Shown piece by piece: positions 31,743 through 41,738 of a stretch of 64,000 nt of DNA. A program made the translations under genes and the position numbers. Every line of letters begins with the position of its first letter. The stretch's first letter is position 1. The DNA is from Candidatus Aminicenantes bacterium (lineage in GTDB: Bacteria > Acidobacteriota > Aminicenantia > Aminicenantales > UBA4085): the NCBI GenBank assembly GCA_003141555.1, contig PLMN01000009.1, positions 103,497 to 167,496 of the forward strand, in the 5' to 3' direction. The notes below the pieces were generated by a model. It was not told where the DNA came from and ran no database searches. It saw only the letters and a list, made by a program, of their open reading frames with translations.

Positions 31743-33106
31743 GCCTGCTCTCGCGCAACCCGGTCCATCATTCGGCCGCGTTCCGGCGCCGGCGTTTTCT
31801 GAACTGGTTCCCCCTGGGGTTGACCTATGCGACCATGTACATGGGCCGCTACAACTTCAACATTGTCAAGAACGACATCGGCGCCTTGTATCACCTGGAC
31901 AAAGCCCAGATGGGGCTGATCGCCACTCTTGGCTTCTGGACCTATGGGCTGAGCGTCCTCATCAACGGCCCGCTGGCCGACCGATTCGGCGGGCGCAAGG
32001 CGATCCTGATCGGAGCACTGGGGGCCGGGACGCTCAACCTGGGCGTCGGCCTGATGTTCTTCAACGGCTGGACGGGCCACGTCCTCTGGAACATGAGCTG
32101 GCTCTGGAGCCTGAACATGTATTTCCAGAGCTTCGGCGCGCTCTCCGTGGTCAAGGTCAACAGCACCTGGTTCCACGTGCGCGAGCGCGGCATCTTCGGC
32201 GGCATCTTCGGGATCATGATCTCGTCCGGCTATTTCCTGGCCACCACCGTCGGCTCGGTGCTGCTGGCCACCTTCGCCAACTGGAACGTCATCTGGTTCG
32301 TGCCGGCCGCGGCCATGGTCGTGATGTTCCTGGTCGACCTGGTCCTGGTGCGCAACCGCCCCAGCCATGCCGGATACGCCGACTTCGACACCGGCGACGG
32401 CTCCAACGCCCACCTGGCCGAGGACAAGCCGCTGGCCATCAAGGCTTTGCTGGCCAGGGTTTTCAGCAACCCGGTGATCATTTTCCTGATCTGCGCCGAA
32501 TTCTGCACCGGATTCGTCCGCCAGAGCGTGATGCTCTACTTCACCGAATACCTGGCCGAGGTCTATCACCTGCCGAAGACGAACGTGCTCTTCTGGTGGA
32601 CCGGCGTGGCCTTCATGCTGGGCGGGATCTTCGGCGGCCTGTTGTGCGGGTGGATGAGCGACAATCTGTTCCAGTCCCGGCGCCCGCCCGTGGCCTTCTT
32701 CTTCTATCTGGTCCAGGTGGTCATGCTGGCCCTGCTGGGCTTCAGCCTGGGCCGCGGCACGTGGCTCGGACAGCTCTGGGCGGTCGTTCTGCTGGGCCTG
32801 ACGGCCATGTTCATCTTCGGCGTCCATGGGATGCTTTCGGGAACCGCCTCCATGGACTTCGGCGGCCGCAAGGCGGCGGCCACGGTGGCCGGATTGCTCG
32901 ACGGCGTGCAATATGTCGGCAGCGGTTTGACCGGCTTCGGATTGGGCTGGGTGCTGAAGACCTACGGCTGGGACGGCGTCGCCGCCGCGGGCCATGCTCC
33001 CGCGAATGCCTGGATCTGGGTGGTCTGCATCATCCCCTTCAGCCTGGTGGGGGCCTTCATCATGACCCGCATCTGGAAGGCCAAACCCAGCTCCGCGGCT
33101 CATTGA
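31739..33106 (+). CDS. MFS transporter, organophosphate:Pi antiporter (GlpT/UhpT)-like
   Basis: Y.GRYNF, GPLADRFGGRK, WF..RERG, GWMSD....RR; GTGA overlap with the upstream gene. Confidence 0.85.
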   Translation: MSLLSRNPVHHSAAFRRRRFLNWFPLGLTYATMYMGRYNFNIVKNDIGALYHLDKAQMGLIATLGFWTYGLSVLINGPLADRFGGRKAILIGALGAGTLNLGVGLMFFNGWTGHVLWNMSWLWSLNMYFQSFGALSVVKVNSTWFHVRERGIFGGIFGIMISSGYFLATTVGSVLLATFANWNVIWFVPAAAMVVMFLVDLVLVRNRPSHAGYADFDTGDGSNAHLAEDKPLAIKALLARVFSNPVIIFLICAEFCTGFVRQSVMLYFTEYLAEVYHLPKTNVLFWWTGVAFMLGGIFGGLLCGWMSDNLFQSRRPPVAFFFYLVQVVMLALLGFSLGRGTWLGQLWAVVLLGLTAMFIFGVHGMLSGTASMDFGGRKAAATVAGLLDGVQYVGSGLTGFGLGWVLKTYGWDGVAAAGHAPANAWIWVVCIIPFSLVGAFIMTRIWKAKPSSAAH

Positions 33107-33146
33107 CGAACGGCGGGCGCCGCCGAATAATGCCCCCCCTGAGGGC

Positions 33147-33752
33147 CTAGAATCCCTTGCGGCTGTTGTAGACCGTTCCCCGCCGACCTTTGTAGAGCTC
33201 CAAGACGGCGACGGCTTCGGCGCGCAAGCGGCCACCTTCGACCTCGATCCCGCGGTTCGACAGCTCCTGCGGCCAAGCCGCGGGCAGCGGCCCTTCGTCG
33301 AAGCCCAGGATCGAGGTCACGTCGACGGCCGTCGCGCCGTAGACGAGCTTCGTGACGCCCGACCATAAGACGGCGCCCAGGCACATCAAACAGGGTTGAG
33401 AGCTGGTCAGCAGCTCGGTGGGAAGGGCGGCGTCATGGCCCAGGTCCCAGTGCCCCAGGCGCTTCTGGGCGAAGGCGATGGCCATGATCTCCGCATGGGC
33501 CGGCGACAAGGTCAGCGGTTCGACGCGGTTGACCCCGGCGGCCAGCAGCCGCCCGCTCGAGGCGGCGAAGACCCCGGCCGCGAACGGCCCGCCGCTCTCC
33601 TCCTCGACGTTTCTCCGCGACAGCCCGATGACCCAGCGCAGGCGCTCTTCGGGATCGGGAAGGACGATGTTCCGGCCGGACGTCATGTCCTCGAGCCACG
33701 CAGGCAGGGTCAGCAGGACGCCGTCCGCCGGATGAGAGGCTTTATTCATCAC
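33147..33752 (-). CDS. Zn-dependent nucleoside/nucleobase deaminase (guanine deaminase-like, CDA fold)
   Basis: GGPFAA, HAE, PCLMC and GFDEG motifs. Confidence 0.85.
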   Translation of the reverse strand: MMNKASHPADGVLLTLPAWLEDMTSGRNIVLPDPEERLRWVIGLSRRNVEEESGGPFAAGVFAASSGRLLAAGVNRVEPLTLSPAHAEIMAIAFAQKRLGHWDLGHDAALPTELLTSSQPCLMCLGAVLWSGVTKLVYGATAVDVTSILGFDEGPLPAAWPQELSNRGIEVEGGRLRAEAVAVLELYKGRRGTVYNSRKGF

Positions 33753-33858
33753 TGATCATTATAGCATGATAGCATGGTCCCGGGCCGGGCGGGAGATCCC
33801 AGGCTACGCTCGGGACAAGGGGCACCTCCCCGTGCCTTTCGGAGTGTTGCCCATCGCC

Positions 33859-33887
33859 TTGACAACACCCGGCGAGTCCCCTAGAAT
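33859..33887 (+). promoter_or_regulatory. sigma70-like promoter of the nucleotidase/tdk operon
   Basis: TTGACA-N17-TAGAAT. Confidence 0.7.
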
Positions 33888-33920
33888 CAACTCCCGATTC
33901 TTCGAAAAAGGGCGCCTGAC

Positions 33921-34139
33921 ATGCAAATACGAGTCAACAGCCAAATGATCGAGATCTTCGCCGGAGCCACGGTCAAGGATGTCCTGCGCAAATACTCCCG
34001 CGAGGAATGGAAGCGCGTCCGGAGCGGCGAGAATACGGTCAGGGACGGGCAAGGCCACGAGGTCGGCCTGGACGGCGAGCTCGGCGGCGGCGAAGAGCTG
34101 TTCATCAAACCCCGCGCCGCCGCGGAGCCCCGCTCATGA
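33921..34139 (+). CDS. Small beta-grasp (ThiS/ubiquitin-like) protein lacking terminal Gly-Gly
   Basis: MQIRVN...EI..GATVKDVL...L.GGEELFI; ATGA-coupled to the nucleotidase. Confidence 0.55.
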   Translation: MQIRVNSQMIEIFAGATVKDVLRKYSREEWKRVRSGENTVRDGQGHEVGLDGELGGGEELFIKPRAAAEPRS

Positions 34140-35668
34140 GACGCGTCGGCTTCGCCTCCCTTCCGATCGTCCTGGTCTTCGCCGCTCTTATCGGCGCATC
34201 GGCGACATGGGCGACGTCTTCGACGCCGGCGACGACCAGACCGTCTTTGACGGGCGAGTCGTCTGCGACAACCAGGCCGGCTCAACCGGCCGAGTCGCAT
34301 GTCGTCATATTCCATACCAACGACGTTCACGGCAGGATCGATAACTTCGCCAAGGTCGCGGCGATCCTCGATGCCGAGAGGAAGACCGGCGCCGACGTCT
34401 TTTTCTTTTCCGCCGGCGACAATTTCACCGGCGATCCGGTCATCGACCGCTACGACCCGCCCGGCGAGCCGATCGTGGAGCTGCTCGACCGCCTGCACGT
34501 CGACGTCATTTCCATCGGCAACCACGAGTTCGATTACGGACTCGAGGCGGTCCGCAAGCTGACGGCCCGCTTCCGCACGGTCTCGGCCAACATCGAAACC
34601 AAGGGCCTGCTTCCGGGGCTGCAGCCGTATATCGTCCTGACCGCCAAGGACGGGATCAAGATCGTCGTCTTCGGAATCATCCAGATCGAACCCGGCAACG
34701 GCCTGCCCTCGACCCATCCCGACAAGGTCAAGGGCCTGAGCTTCAGCGAGCCGCTGGCCAAGGCCCTGGAGCTGAAGAATCTCCGCGCCCAGGGTCAGAT
34801 CTTCGTCGGATTGACCCATATCGGCTTCGACCAGGACCTTCTCTTGGCCAAGGAGATGCCGGAGATCGACGTGATCATCGGCGGCCATTCCCATACGCGC
34901 GTCGACCCCGCGGAAACCGTCAACGGCGTGCTGGTCGCCCAAGCGGGAGCCGAAAACCAGTTCCTGGGCCGCATCGACCTGCTGCTCAGGGACGGCAAAG
35001 TGGTCGAAAAGAAAGGCCGGCTGATCGATTTGAGCAAGGTCCGGGACGAGGACCCGGAAATCAAGGCCCTGATCGCCAAGTTCCATCAGAGCCCGGCGAT
35101 GGCCCGCGTCATCGCCCATGCTCCTGTGGAAATCACCGGCAAGAACGCCCTGGGGAGCCTGATGACCGACGCCATCTGCAAGATGCACGGCCTGGACATC
35201 GCCTTCCAGAACAACGGCGGCATCCGGATCAACCGCCTGCCCCGGGCCATCACCCTCAATGACGTGTACACCCTCGATCCGTTCGGCAACCAGATCGTCC
35301 GCATCGATATGACCCCGGACGAAATCCGCGGCCTGATCTGGAGCTCGTGCGAAAGGCGGCATGACATCGATCTGCAGGTCTCGGGAATATCCTATTTCGT
35401 CCGGGACGAAGGAGTTCTCCGGCTCCAGGACATCGAGCTTCGCCGTCCGGATGGGTCCCCGCTGCCGGAAGACCGGACCTACAAGGTCGGATTGTCCAGC
35501 TACATCGCCAGCTCCTACCAATTCGCCCACAAGGACCCCGGCCGGACGCTGGGAATCACGACCGCCGAGGCCCTGATCAGCTACTTGGAGAGCAGCCCGG
35601 ACTTGAGCGTTTACCGCGAAGTGCAGCGGGCGCACTATCAGAAATCCGCCGGATCCCCCCGGGATTGA
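34136..35668 (+). CDS. Secreted bifunctional metallophosphatase / 5'-nucleotidase
   Basis: HTNDVHG, AGD, GNHEFDYG, LTH.G, GGHSH, N.GGIR and PFGN motifs; signal peptide. Confidence 0.92.
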   Translation: MRRVGFASLPIVLVFAALIGASATWATSSTPATTRPSLTGESSATTRPAQPAESHVVIFHTNDVHGRIDNFAKVAAILDAERKTGADVFFFSAGDNFTGDPVIDRYDPPGEPIVELLDRLHVDVISIGNHEFDYGLEAVRKLTARFRTVSANIETKGLLPGLQPYIVLTAKDGIKIVVFGIIQIEPGNGLPSTHPDKVKGLSFSEPLAKALELKNLRAQGQIFVGLTHIGFDQDLLLAKEMPEIDVIIGGHSHTRVDPAETVNGVLVAQAGAENQFLGRIDLLLRDGKVVEKKGRLIDLSKVRDEDPEIKALIAKFHQSPAMARVIAHAPVEITGKNALGSLMTDAICKMHGLDIAFQNNGGIRINRLPRAITLNDVYTLDPFGNQIVRIDMTPDEIRGLIWSSCERRHDIDLQVSGISYFVRDEGVLRLQDIELRRPDGSPLPEDRTYKVGLSSYIASSYQFAHKDPGRTLGITTAEALISYLESSPDLSVYREVQRAHYQKSAGSPRD

Positions 35669-35686
35669 CGGGCGCAGGAGACCCCC

Positions 35687-36256
35687 ATGGCTCAGCTCTA
35701 TTTCCGCTACTCGACCATGAACGCCGGCAAGTCTACCGAGATCCTCAAGATCGCCCACAACTACGAGGAGCAGAACAAGCACGTCCTCCTGTTCACCCCG
35801 GCCCTCGACGACCGATTCGGCCGCGGCCAGATCACCTCGCGGATGGGCTTCCAGCGCGAGGCGCAGATCATCGACGCCGGCACCGACATGCTCGGCCTGG
35901 CCCGGGAGGCCAAGCCCGATTGCTTGCTGGTCGACGAGGGCCAGTTCCTGACCCGCGCCCAGGTGATCCTCTTGACCCGCATCGTCGACGAGCTGAACAT
36001 CCCGGTCATCGTCTACGGCCTGAAAAACGACTACCGCAACCGCCTCTTCAGCGGGAGCGAAGCGCTCCTCCTCCTCGCCGACAAGATCGAGGAAGTGAAA
36101 GCCGTCTGCTGGTACTGCACCAAGAAGGCGACCATGCTCCTCAAGCTCAAGGACGGCCGGCCGGTGGGCGAAGGCCCCCAGATCGAGATCGGCGGCAACG
36201 ACAAGTACATCTCGGTCTGCCGCAAGTGCTACGGGCAGAAGCTGGAGATCAAGTAG
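35687..36256 (+). CDS. tdk: Thymidine kinase
   Basis: [30 protein letters not shown]; Zn-site CxxC pairs. Confidence 0.95.
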   Translation: MAQLYFRYSTMNAGKSTEILKIAHNYEEQNKHVLLFTPALDDRFGRGQITSRMGFQREAQIIDAGTDMLGLAREAKPDCLLVDEGQFLTRAQVILLTRIVDELNIPVIVYGLKNDYRNRLFSGSEALLLLADKIEEVKAVCWYCTKKATMLLKLKDGRPVGEGPQIEIGGNDKYISVCRKCYGQKLEIK

Positions 36257-36325
36257 ATCACCGCTCCCGCGCCGGACGCCGCCGCCTTTGACTATCTTCC
36301 GGCCCTGTGTTAATTGTCTTAGGGC

Positions 36326-37516
36326 ATGGCTAAAACCGAAATCGACCGCGTCTTCCTGATCGTTCTCGATTCCGTGGGCGTCGGCAGCCTGCCCGATGCC
36401 GCCGCATACGGCGACGAAGGGGCCGACACCCTGGGCCACATCGCCGAGCGCCTCGGCGGATTGAAGCTGCCCCATCTGGCGGCGTTCGGGTTGGGGAACA
36501 TCCTCCCTCTCCCGGGAGTCCCCCCCGCCCCGGCTCCGCGGGCCTCCTGGGGACGCATGGCCGAAATGGCGCGCGGCAAGGATACCCTGGCCGGCCACTG
36601 GGAGATGATGGGCCTCCCCCTGGACAAGCCGTTTTCCCTGTTCCCCCAGGGGTTCCCGCCGGAGCTGCTCTCCGAATTCAAGCGGCGGACGGGGGCGGCC
36701 GGCATCCTGGGCAACAAGGCCGCCTCGGGCACGGAGATCATCGCCGAGCTCGGAGCCGAACACGTGCGCACCGGCTTCCCCATCGTTTACACCTCGGCCG
36801 ACAGCGTGTTCCAGATCGCGGCGCACGAGGACGTCATCCCCCTCGTGGAGCTCTACGAGATGTGCCGGCAGGCGAGAACTCTCTGCGACGCTTGGCTGAT
36901 CGGCCGGGTCATCGCCCGGCCCTTTGTCGGCCGGCCCGGGAATTTCAGCCGCACGGCCAACCGCCGCGACTTTTCGATGCGCCCGCCCGGAAAAACGGCG
37001 TTGGACATCCTCCAAGAGGGCGGATGGACCGTGACGGGCATCGGCAAGATCGAGAACATCTTCGCCGGGCAGGGCATCAGCCGCTCGCGGCCCAGCCACG
37101 ACAATGCCGAAGGGATGAGGCTGGTGCGCGAGGAAGCGGCGGCCGCGGGACGGGGATTGATCTTCGCCAACCTGGTCGATTTCGACATGCTCTACGGCCA
37201 CCGCAACGACGTCGCCGGCTACGGGGCGGCCCTGGAGGCGTTCGATCGCGAGCTCGGCGGCCTGCTGCCCGCGCTCGGCCCCCGCGACCTGCTGATCATC
37301 ACGGCCGACCATGGCTGCGATCCGACCTATCCCGGCACCGACCACACCCGGGAATACGTCCCCCTCCTGGTCTACGGCCCGGATCTTCCGGCCCGGCCGC
37401 TCGGCGTGCGGGGCACGTTCGCCGACGTCGGCGCGTCCGTCTTGGACGCGTTCGGATTGAAACCCGTTTTTCCCGGAGCGAGCTTTATGCCCGAAATACG
37501 CTCCGCCCGGGCCTGA
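36326..37516 (+). CDS. deoB: Phosphopentomutase
   Basis: [54 protein letters not shown]. Confidence 0.96.
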   Translation: MAKTEIDRVFLIVLDSVGVGSLPDAAAYGDEGADTLGHIAERLGGLKLPHLAAFGLGNILPLPGVPPAPAPRASWGRMAEMARGKDTLAGHWEMMGLPLDKPFSLFPQGFPPELLSEFKRRTGAAGILGNKAASGTEIIAELGAEHVRTGFPIVYTSADSVFQIAAHEDVIPLVELYEMCRQARTLCDAWLIGRVIARPFVGRPGNFSRTANRRDFSMRPPGKTALDILQEGGWTVTGIGKIENIFAGQGISRSRPSHDNAEGMRLVREEAAAAGRGLIFANLVDFDMLYGHRNDVAGYGAALEAFDRELGGLLPALGPRDLLIITADHGCDPTYPGTDHTREYVPLLVYGPDLPARPLGVRGTFADVGASVLDAFGLKPVFPGASFMPEIRSARA

Positions 37517-37525
37517 GGAGGCAGC

Positions 37526-38347
37526 ATGGATCTCTACGAGCGCATCACGGAAGCGGCCGGCTTCATCAAGTCGAGGGATCCCCGGATTCCCCAGGTCGGG
37601 GTGGTCTTAGGCTCGGGGCTGGGCATTTTCGCCGAATCGGTCGCCGAGCCGGTCATCCTCCCTTATGTCGATATCCCCCACTTCAAAAAGGCGGGGGTGG
37701 CCGGCCACGCCGGCCGGCTGGTGCTGGGCAGGGTCGGCCCGGCCTCCGTCGCCGTCCTGCAGGGCCGCATCCACTATTATGAAGGCCATGAGATCGGGGA
37801 GGTCGTCTTCCCCCTGCGCGTTCTGGCCGGGCTGGGCATACGCAGCCTGCTGCTGACCAACGCCGCCGGGGGAATCAACCGCGAGTTCAAGTCCGGGGAT
37901 CTCATGATCATCCGCGACCACCTCAACCTGACGGGCCTCAACCCGCTGCGCGGGGTCAACGACGAGCGCCTCGGGCCCCGCTTCCCGGACATGAGCGCCG
38001 CCTACGACCCGGCCTTCCAGGAGATCATCGCCGCAGCGCTCGTGGCGGACGGCCGCCCGGCGCGCCGCGGGGTCTATGCCGGCCTGATCGGGCCGTCTTA
38101 CGAAACCCCGGCCGAAATCCGCATGCTCGCGACCCTGGGGGCCGACGCGGTGGGTATGTCCACCGTTTCCGAGGCCATCTGCGCCCGCCACCTGGGACTG
38201 CGCCTGGCGGGCATTTCCTGCATCACCAATCTGGCCGCGGGCATCTCGGCGACCCCCCTCAGCCACCGGGAAGTGACCGAGACCGGCGAACGGGTGGAAG
38301 CCGATTTCATCCGTCTGCTGAACCAGGTCGTCCCCCGGATGGCCTGA
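37526..38347 (+). CDS. punA: Purine-nucleoside phosphorylase (trimeric PunA/XapA type)
   Basis: LGSGLG, QGR.HYYEG, TNAAGG, GPSYETPAE, VGMSTV, ITNLAAG. Confidence 0.93.
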   Translation: MDLYERITEAAGFIKSRDPRIPQVGVVLGSGLGIFAESVAEPVILPYVDIPHFKKAGVAGHAGRLVLGRVGPASVAVLQGRIHYYEGHEIGEVVFPLRVLAGLGIRSLLLTNAAGGINREFKSGDLMIIRDHLNLTGLNPLRGVNDERLGPRFPDMSAAYDPAFQEIIAAALVADGRPARRGVYAGLIGPSYETPAEIRMLATLGADAVGMSTVSEAICARHLGLRLAGISCITNLAAGISATPLSHREVTETGERVEADFIRLLNQVVPRMA

Positions 38348-38351
38348 GCCG

Positions 38352-38386
38352 AAAAAAAAGCCCCCCGGCCGTTCGGCCGGGGGGCT
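38352..38386 (-). terminator. Rho-independent terminator (U-tract on the minus strand) between convergent punA and TonB receptor
   Basis: AGCCCCCCGGCC-GTTC-GGCCGGGGGGCT preceded by an A8 run. Confidence 0.85.
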
Positions 38387-38425
38387 GTAAAAAACGTATT
38401 CTTTGAGGTCGGCCTAGGGCTTACC

Positions 38426-41400
38426 TCAATTGAACTTGTAGCGCACGCCGATCTGGATCTGCCACCGCGAGCCGAGCTGGCTCATCGCGTAGCGGTTGGG
38501 GCGCGGCGTCCAGACGATTCTCTGCTGGCCGGTAGTAGGGTCGACGCCGAAGTTGGTGCCGTAGAGCGCCCAGGGAACGTCGTTCTGGCTGCTGACGTAC
38601 CAGGACTTGCCCCAGTCGCTGTTGATCAGGTTGAGGACGTTGATGACGTCGACGGTGAGCTGGAGAGCATTGTTGTCCAGCGCCGGAACCGGGATGTCCT
38701 GGGCAAGGCGCGCATCGAGGCCGTTGTACCAAGGAGTGCGGCTCGAGTTGCGCGGGACGATCTTGCCGCGGTAGTCGTTCAAGCCCGGATCACCTTTGAT
38801 GAACGAGTCGAACGTCGCCCACAAGCCGGCCTGGTCGGCCATGACCGCGCCGCTGCTGCTCACGAAGACAACCTCGCTCTGGCTGGCGGGCACATAGACC
38901 AGATCGTTGCCCGTGGCGCCGTCGCCGTTGGCGTCGAAGTAGTTGTACGTGGTCGAATACGGCCGGCCGGAAACTCCGGTGTAGAACATGCTGAGGCTGG
39001 TCGGGGCGTTCTTGATGAAATGGAATTCCCAGTTGAAGGCGATGCCGATCCGATGGCGGACGTCGTAGTTGGACCAGGTCAGCTCGGGGTCGTTGACGTT
39101 GTAGCGGATCGGGTTGTAGACGAAGTTGGACGCAGCCTGCGACGACGTGCCGGAGTTGACGTCCTTGGACTGGCCGTAGGTGTAGTAGGCGCTGATCCAG
39201 GAGCGGTTGCTGAAGCTCTTCTGCAGCTGGGCCGACAGGGTATACTGGTAGCCCTTGTTGGTATTGGTCAGGTAGATGACATCGGTATAATACGACGTCC
39301 CGAGGGCCACCTTATCGACGTCGCGGGCATAGGTGGTGCGCCCGCCCGCGGTCGTCGTCCCGAGGTTGCGCTCGTTAAGATCCTGGTAGAGGATTTCGTT
39401 CAGGTTCTTGGAGTAGATGAACTCCAGCGTCCCGATAATTCCGAAGGGCAGCTCGTGGTCGACGGCCAAGTTGGTCCGCAGAAGCTGGGGATAGGTGAAA
39501 TTCTTGTCGATCAGGTCGACTTCGGTGGTGAGCGCGGCGACCCCCGTGGGAACAGGCTGGTTCAAGGGATCCGCCACGAAGGGGAAGGACGGGTTCCTGA
39601 TGGCGAGCCGGGTGAAGTCCATCCCCGAGTTGGAGAACTGGTTGGAGATCCAGACATAGGGCGTCCGGCCGGAGAAGAGGCCGATGCCGCCGCGAATCTG
39701 GGTAATCTTGTCATTGAACACGTCCCAGTTGAAGCCGACGCGGGGCGACCAGAGGACATTGCCCGTCGCCGCCTGGTTGGTCGGGACGCCGTAGACGCTC
39801 TGGACCGTCGGGTTAGCGGTCGGCGTGCTGTTGATGATGGGCACGTCGACGCGCACGCCGTAGGTCAGGCTGAAATTGGGCAGGAGCGCCCACTTGTCGC
39901 CGATGTAGCCGCCGAGCTGGGCGACGCTGAACTTGGCCCACCATTGCTGGGCGGGCGCGTTCGTGTAGAAGTCATGGTAGTAATACGACGAAATGCCGTT
40001 CTCGAAGTTGTCCAGGCTCGCAAACTCCCAGTAGCCGTAGAGGTTGCGGATGTAGAGGTTGGCGAACTGGTAGAACTCGTTGTGCGTCCCGACGGTGATC
40101 ATGTGATCGCCGACCGCCCAGGTCAGGTTGTCGGTGAGCTCGAGGACGTCCTGGTTCAGGCCGTTGGCGCCCGAATACTGCTCGGTGCCGGCCGTCAGGC
40201 GGTAGCCGCCGTTGACGAGGACGTTGACCTGCGGGAAGAGCGTGCTGCCGACCTCGCGATGGTCGCGGATAGTGGTGTAGTTGAAGATCAGTTCGTTGAA
40301 AAGCGAATTGCTGATCGTGCTCTGCAGCTGCAGGACGGTGGAATTGGTCTTGTTCACCAGGCGGTAGTAGTCGTCTCCAAAGGGGAAGACGGAGCTCGAC
40401 GCCTTGGAGGGCTGGTTGTCCTGGAGACCGCTGATATAATTGTTGCGGATCGTCAGCCGGTTCTTGTTGTCGATGTTGTAGTCGAGGCGGAAGAAGATCT
40501 TGTCGTTGTTGGCCAGGATGCTCTTGTAGCCGTTGCCGAAGCCGGTCGTGGTATAGCCGTATTTGTTCTTCAGGATGTCGACGAACCGCTGGGCGTCGGC
40601 GACGCTGATGTTGGCCCCGCCGAAATCGTTGGACGAACCGCTGTCGTTGATGACATAGGTCGTCGGGTTCGTCTGCCGGCCGGATTCGACGCTGAGGAAG
40701 AAGAAGAGCTTGTCCTTGATGATCGGCCCGCCCAGGCGGAGCCCGTACTGCGATTGGGAGAAGGTGCCGTACTTCGTATTATCGGGGCCGTTGCCGACGT
40801 AGTTTTGGTTGCGGCCGTAGAAATAGGCCGAGCCGGAGAAGGAGTTGGTGCCGTAGCGGGTGATCGCGTTCAGGCCGCCCCCGGTGAAGCCGCCATAGCG
40901 GACGTCGTACGGCGCGAGGACGAGCTGGAATTCCTGGACGGCGTCGAGCGAGATCGGGGCGGACAAGCCGGGCGTGCCGCTGCTGTTCAGGCCGAACAGG
41001 TCGTTGTCTACGGCGCCGTCGATCTGGATGCTGTTGTACTTGTTGTTCCGGCCGGCCACATTGAAGCCGCTGCCGTTCGAGTCGACCTGCGGGGACAGGC
41101 GGGCGAAGTCGCCGAACGTGCGGGAGATCGAGGGCATGCTCTCGATGACGGCCGTGCTCACGTTCTGGGCGGCGCCCGTGCGCGATTGGCTGATCACGGG
41201 ATTGGGCGCGGTGACGGTGACGCCGACTTCGATCTTGGCCTGCTCCAGCTTGAAGGTGAGGCTGCGGTTTTCACCCAGCTTGAGGGTGATGTCGGTCAGC
41301 GTTTGGGGGGCGAAGCCGGTGAGCGTCGCCGAGATCGTGTAGGGACCGCCGACCAGGGCCGCGGGGATGTCGAATCGCCCGTCGAGCCGGGTCGTCGTTT

Positions 41401-41572
41401 CCAGCACGGTTCCGGTCGGCACGTGCCTGGCCGAGACCGTGACGCCCGGGAGCCCCTTGCCCTCGGCGTCGACGACCGTGCCGCTGATGGCGGCGCTGGT
41501 CACGCCTTGGGCCAGGATCAGCGTGGGTAGGATCAGCAAACTCAGGATGACCGCGACGAACAGTTTTTTCAT
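38426..41572 (-). CDS. TonB-dependent receptor, Oar-like, with carboxypeptidase-regulatory-like N-domain
   Basis: Signal peptide; ISGTVVD..G..LPGVTV; plug IDGA..NDLFG..ISLDAVQEFQ; terminal QIGVRYKFN; SD GGAGGG. Confidence 0.92.
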   Translation of the reverse strand: MKKLFVAVILSLLILPTLILAQGVTSAAISGTVVDAEGKGLPGVTVSARHVPTGTVLETTTRLDGRFDIPAALVGGPYTISATLTGFAPQTLTDITLKLGENRSLTFKLEQAKIEVGVTVTAPNPVISQSRTGAAQNVSTAVIESMPSISRTFGDFARLSPQVDSNGSGFNVAGRNNKYNSIQIDGAVDNDLFGLNSSGTPGLSAPISLDAVQEFQLVLAPYDVRYGGFTGGGLNAITRYGTNSFSGSAYFYGRNQNYVGNGPDNTKYGTFSQSQYGLRLGGPIIKDKLFFFLSVESGRQTNPTTYVINDSGSSNDFGGANISVADAQRFVDILKNKYGYTTTGFGNGYKSILANNDKIFFRLDYNIDNKNRLTIRNNYISGLQDNQPSKASSSVFPFGDDYYRLVNKTNSTVLQLQSTISNSLFNELIFNYTTIRDHREVGSTLFPQVNVLVNGGYRLTAGTEQYSGANGLNQDVLELTDNLTWAVGDHMITVGTHNEFYQFANLYIRNLYGYWEFASLDNFENGISSYYYHDFYTNAPAQQWWAKFSVAQLGGYIGDKWALLPNFSLTYGVRVDVPIINSTPTANPTVQSVYGVPTNQAATGNVLWSPRVGFNWDVFNDKITQIRGGIGLFSGRTPYVWISNQFSNSGMDFTRLAIRNPSFPFVADPLNQPVPTGVAALTTEVDLIDKNFTYPQLLRTNLAVDHELPFGIIGTLEFIYSKNLNEILYQDLNERNLGTTTAGGRTTYARDVDKVALGTSYYTDVIYLTNTNKGYQYTLSAQLQKSFSNRSWISAYYTYGQSKDVNSGTSSQAASNFVYNPIRYNVNDPELTWSNYDVRHRIGIAFNWEFHFIKNAPTSLSMFYTGVSGRPYSTTYNYFDANGDGATGNDLVYVPASQSEVVFVSSSGAVMADQAGLWATFDSFIKGDPGLNDYRGKIVPRNSSRTPWYNGLDARLAQDIPVPALDNNALQLTVDVINVLNLINSDWGKSWYVSSQNDVPWALYGTNFGVDPTTGQQRIVWTPRPNRYAMSQLGSRWQIQIGVRYKFN

Positions 41573-41738
41573 CAAATATACCCTCCAATAATATAGATCA
41601 AGGGAGATAATATTATAGGAAAAGAGGAAAATCAACCTGAATGTGAAAGAATTTTTTCATCAATATCTCCAACCTGCGCCTGAATAAATAAAAAACGATT
41701 TTTTTGCCTCGCCACGGCCGTTGTGCTATCCTGTCGCC

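Noticed and set aside
33887-37345. 1152-aa minus-strand ORF spanning the nucleotidase, tdk and deoB
   Set aside because: Antisense shadow of well-supported genes; no recognisable domain or SD.
39020-41530. 836-aa plus-strand ORF opposite the TonB receptor
   Set aside because: Shadow ORF with Val/Asp/Glu bias mirroring sense-strand codon usage.
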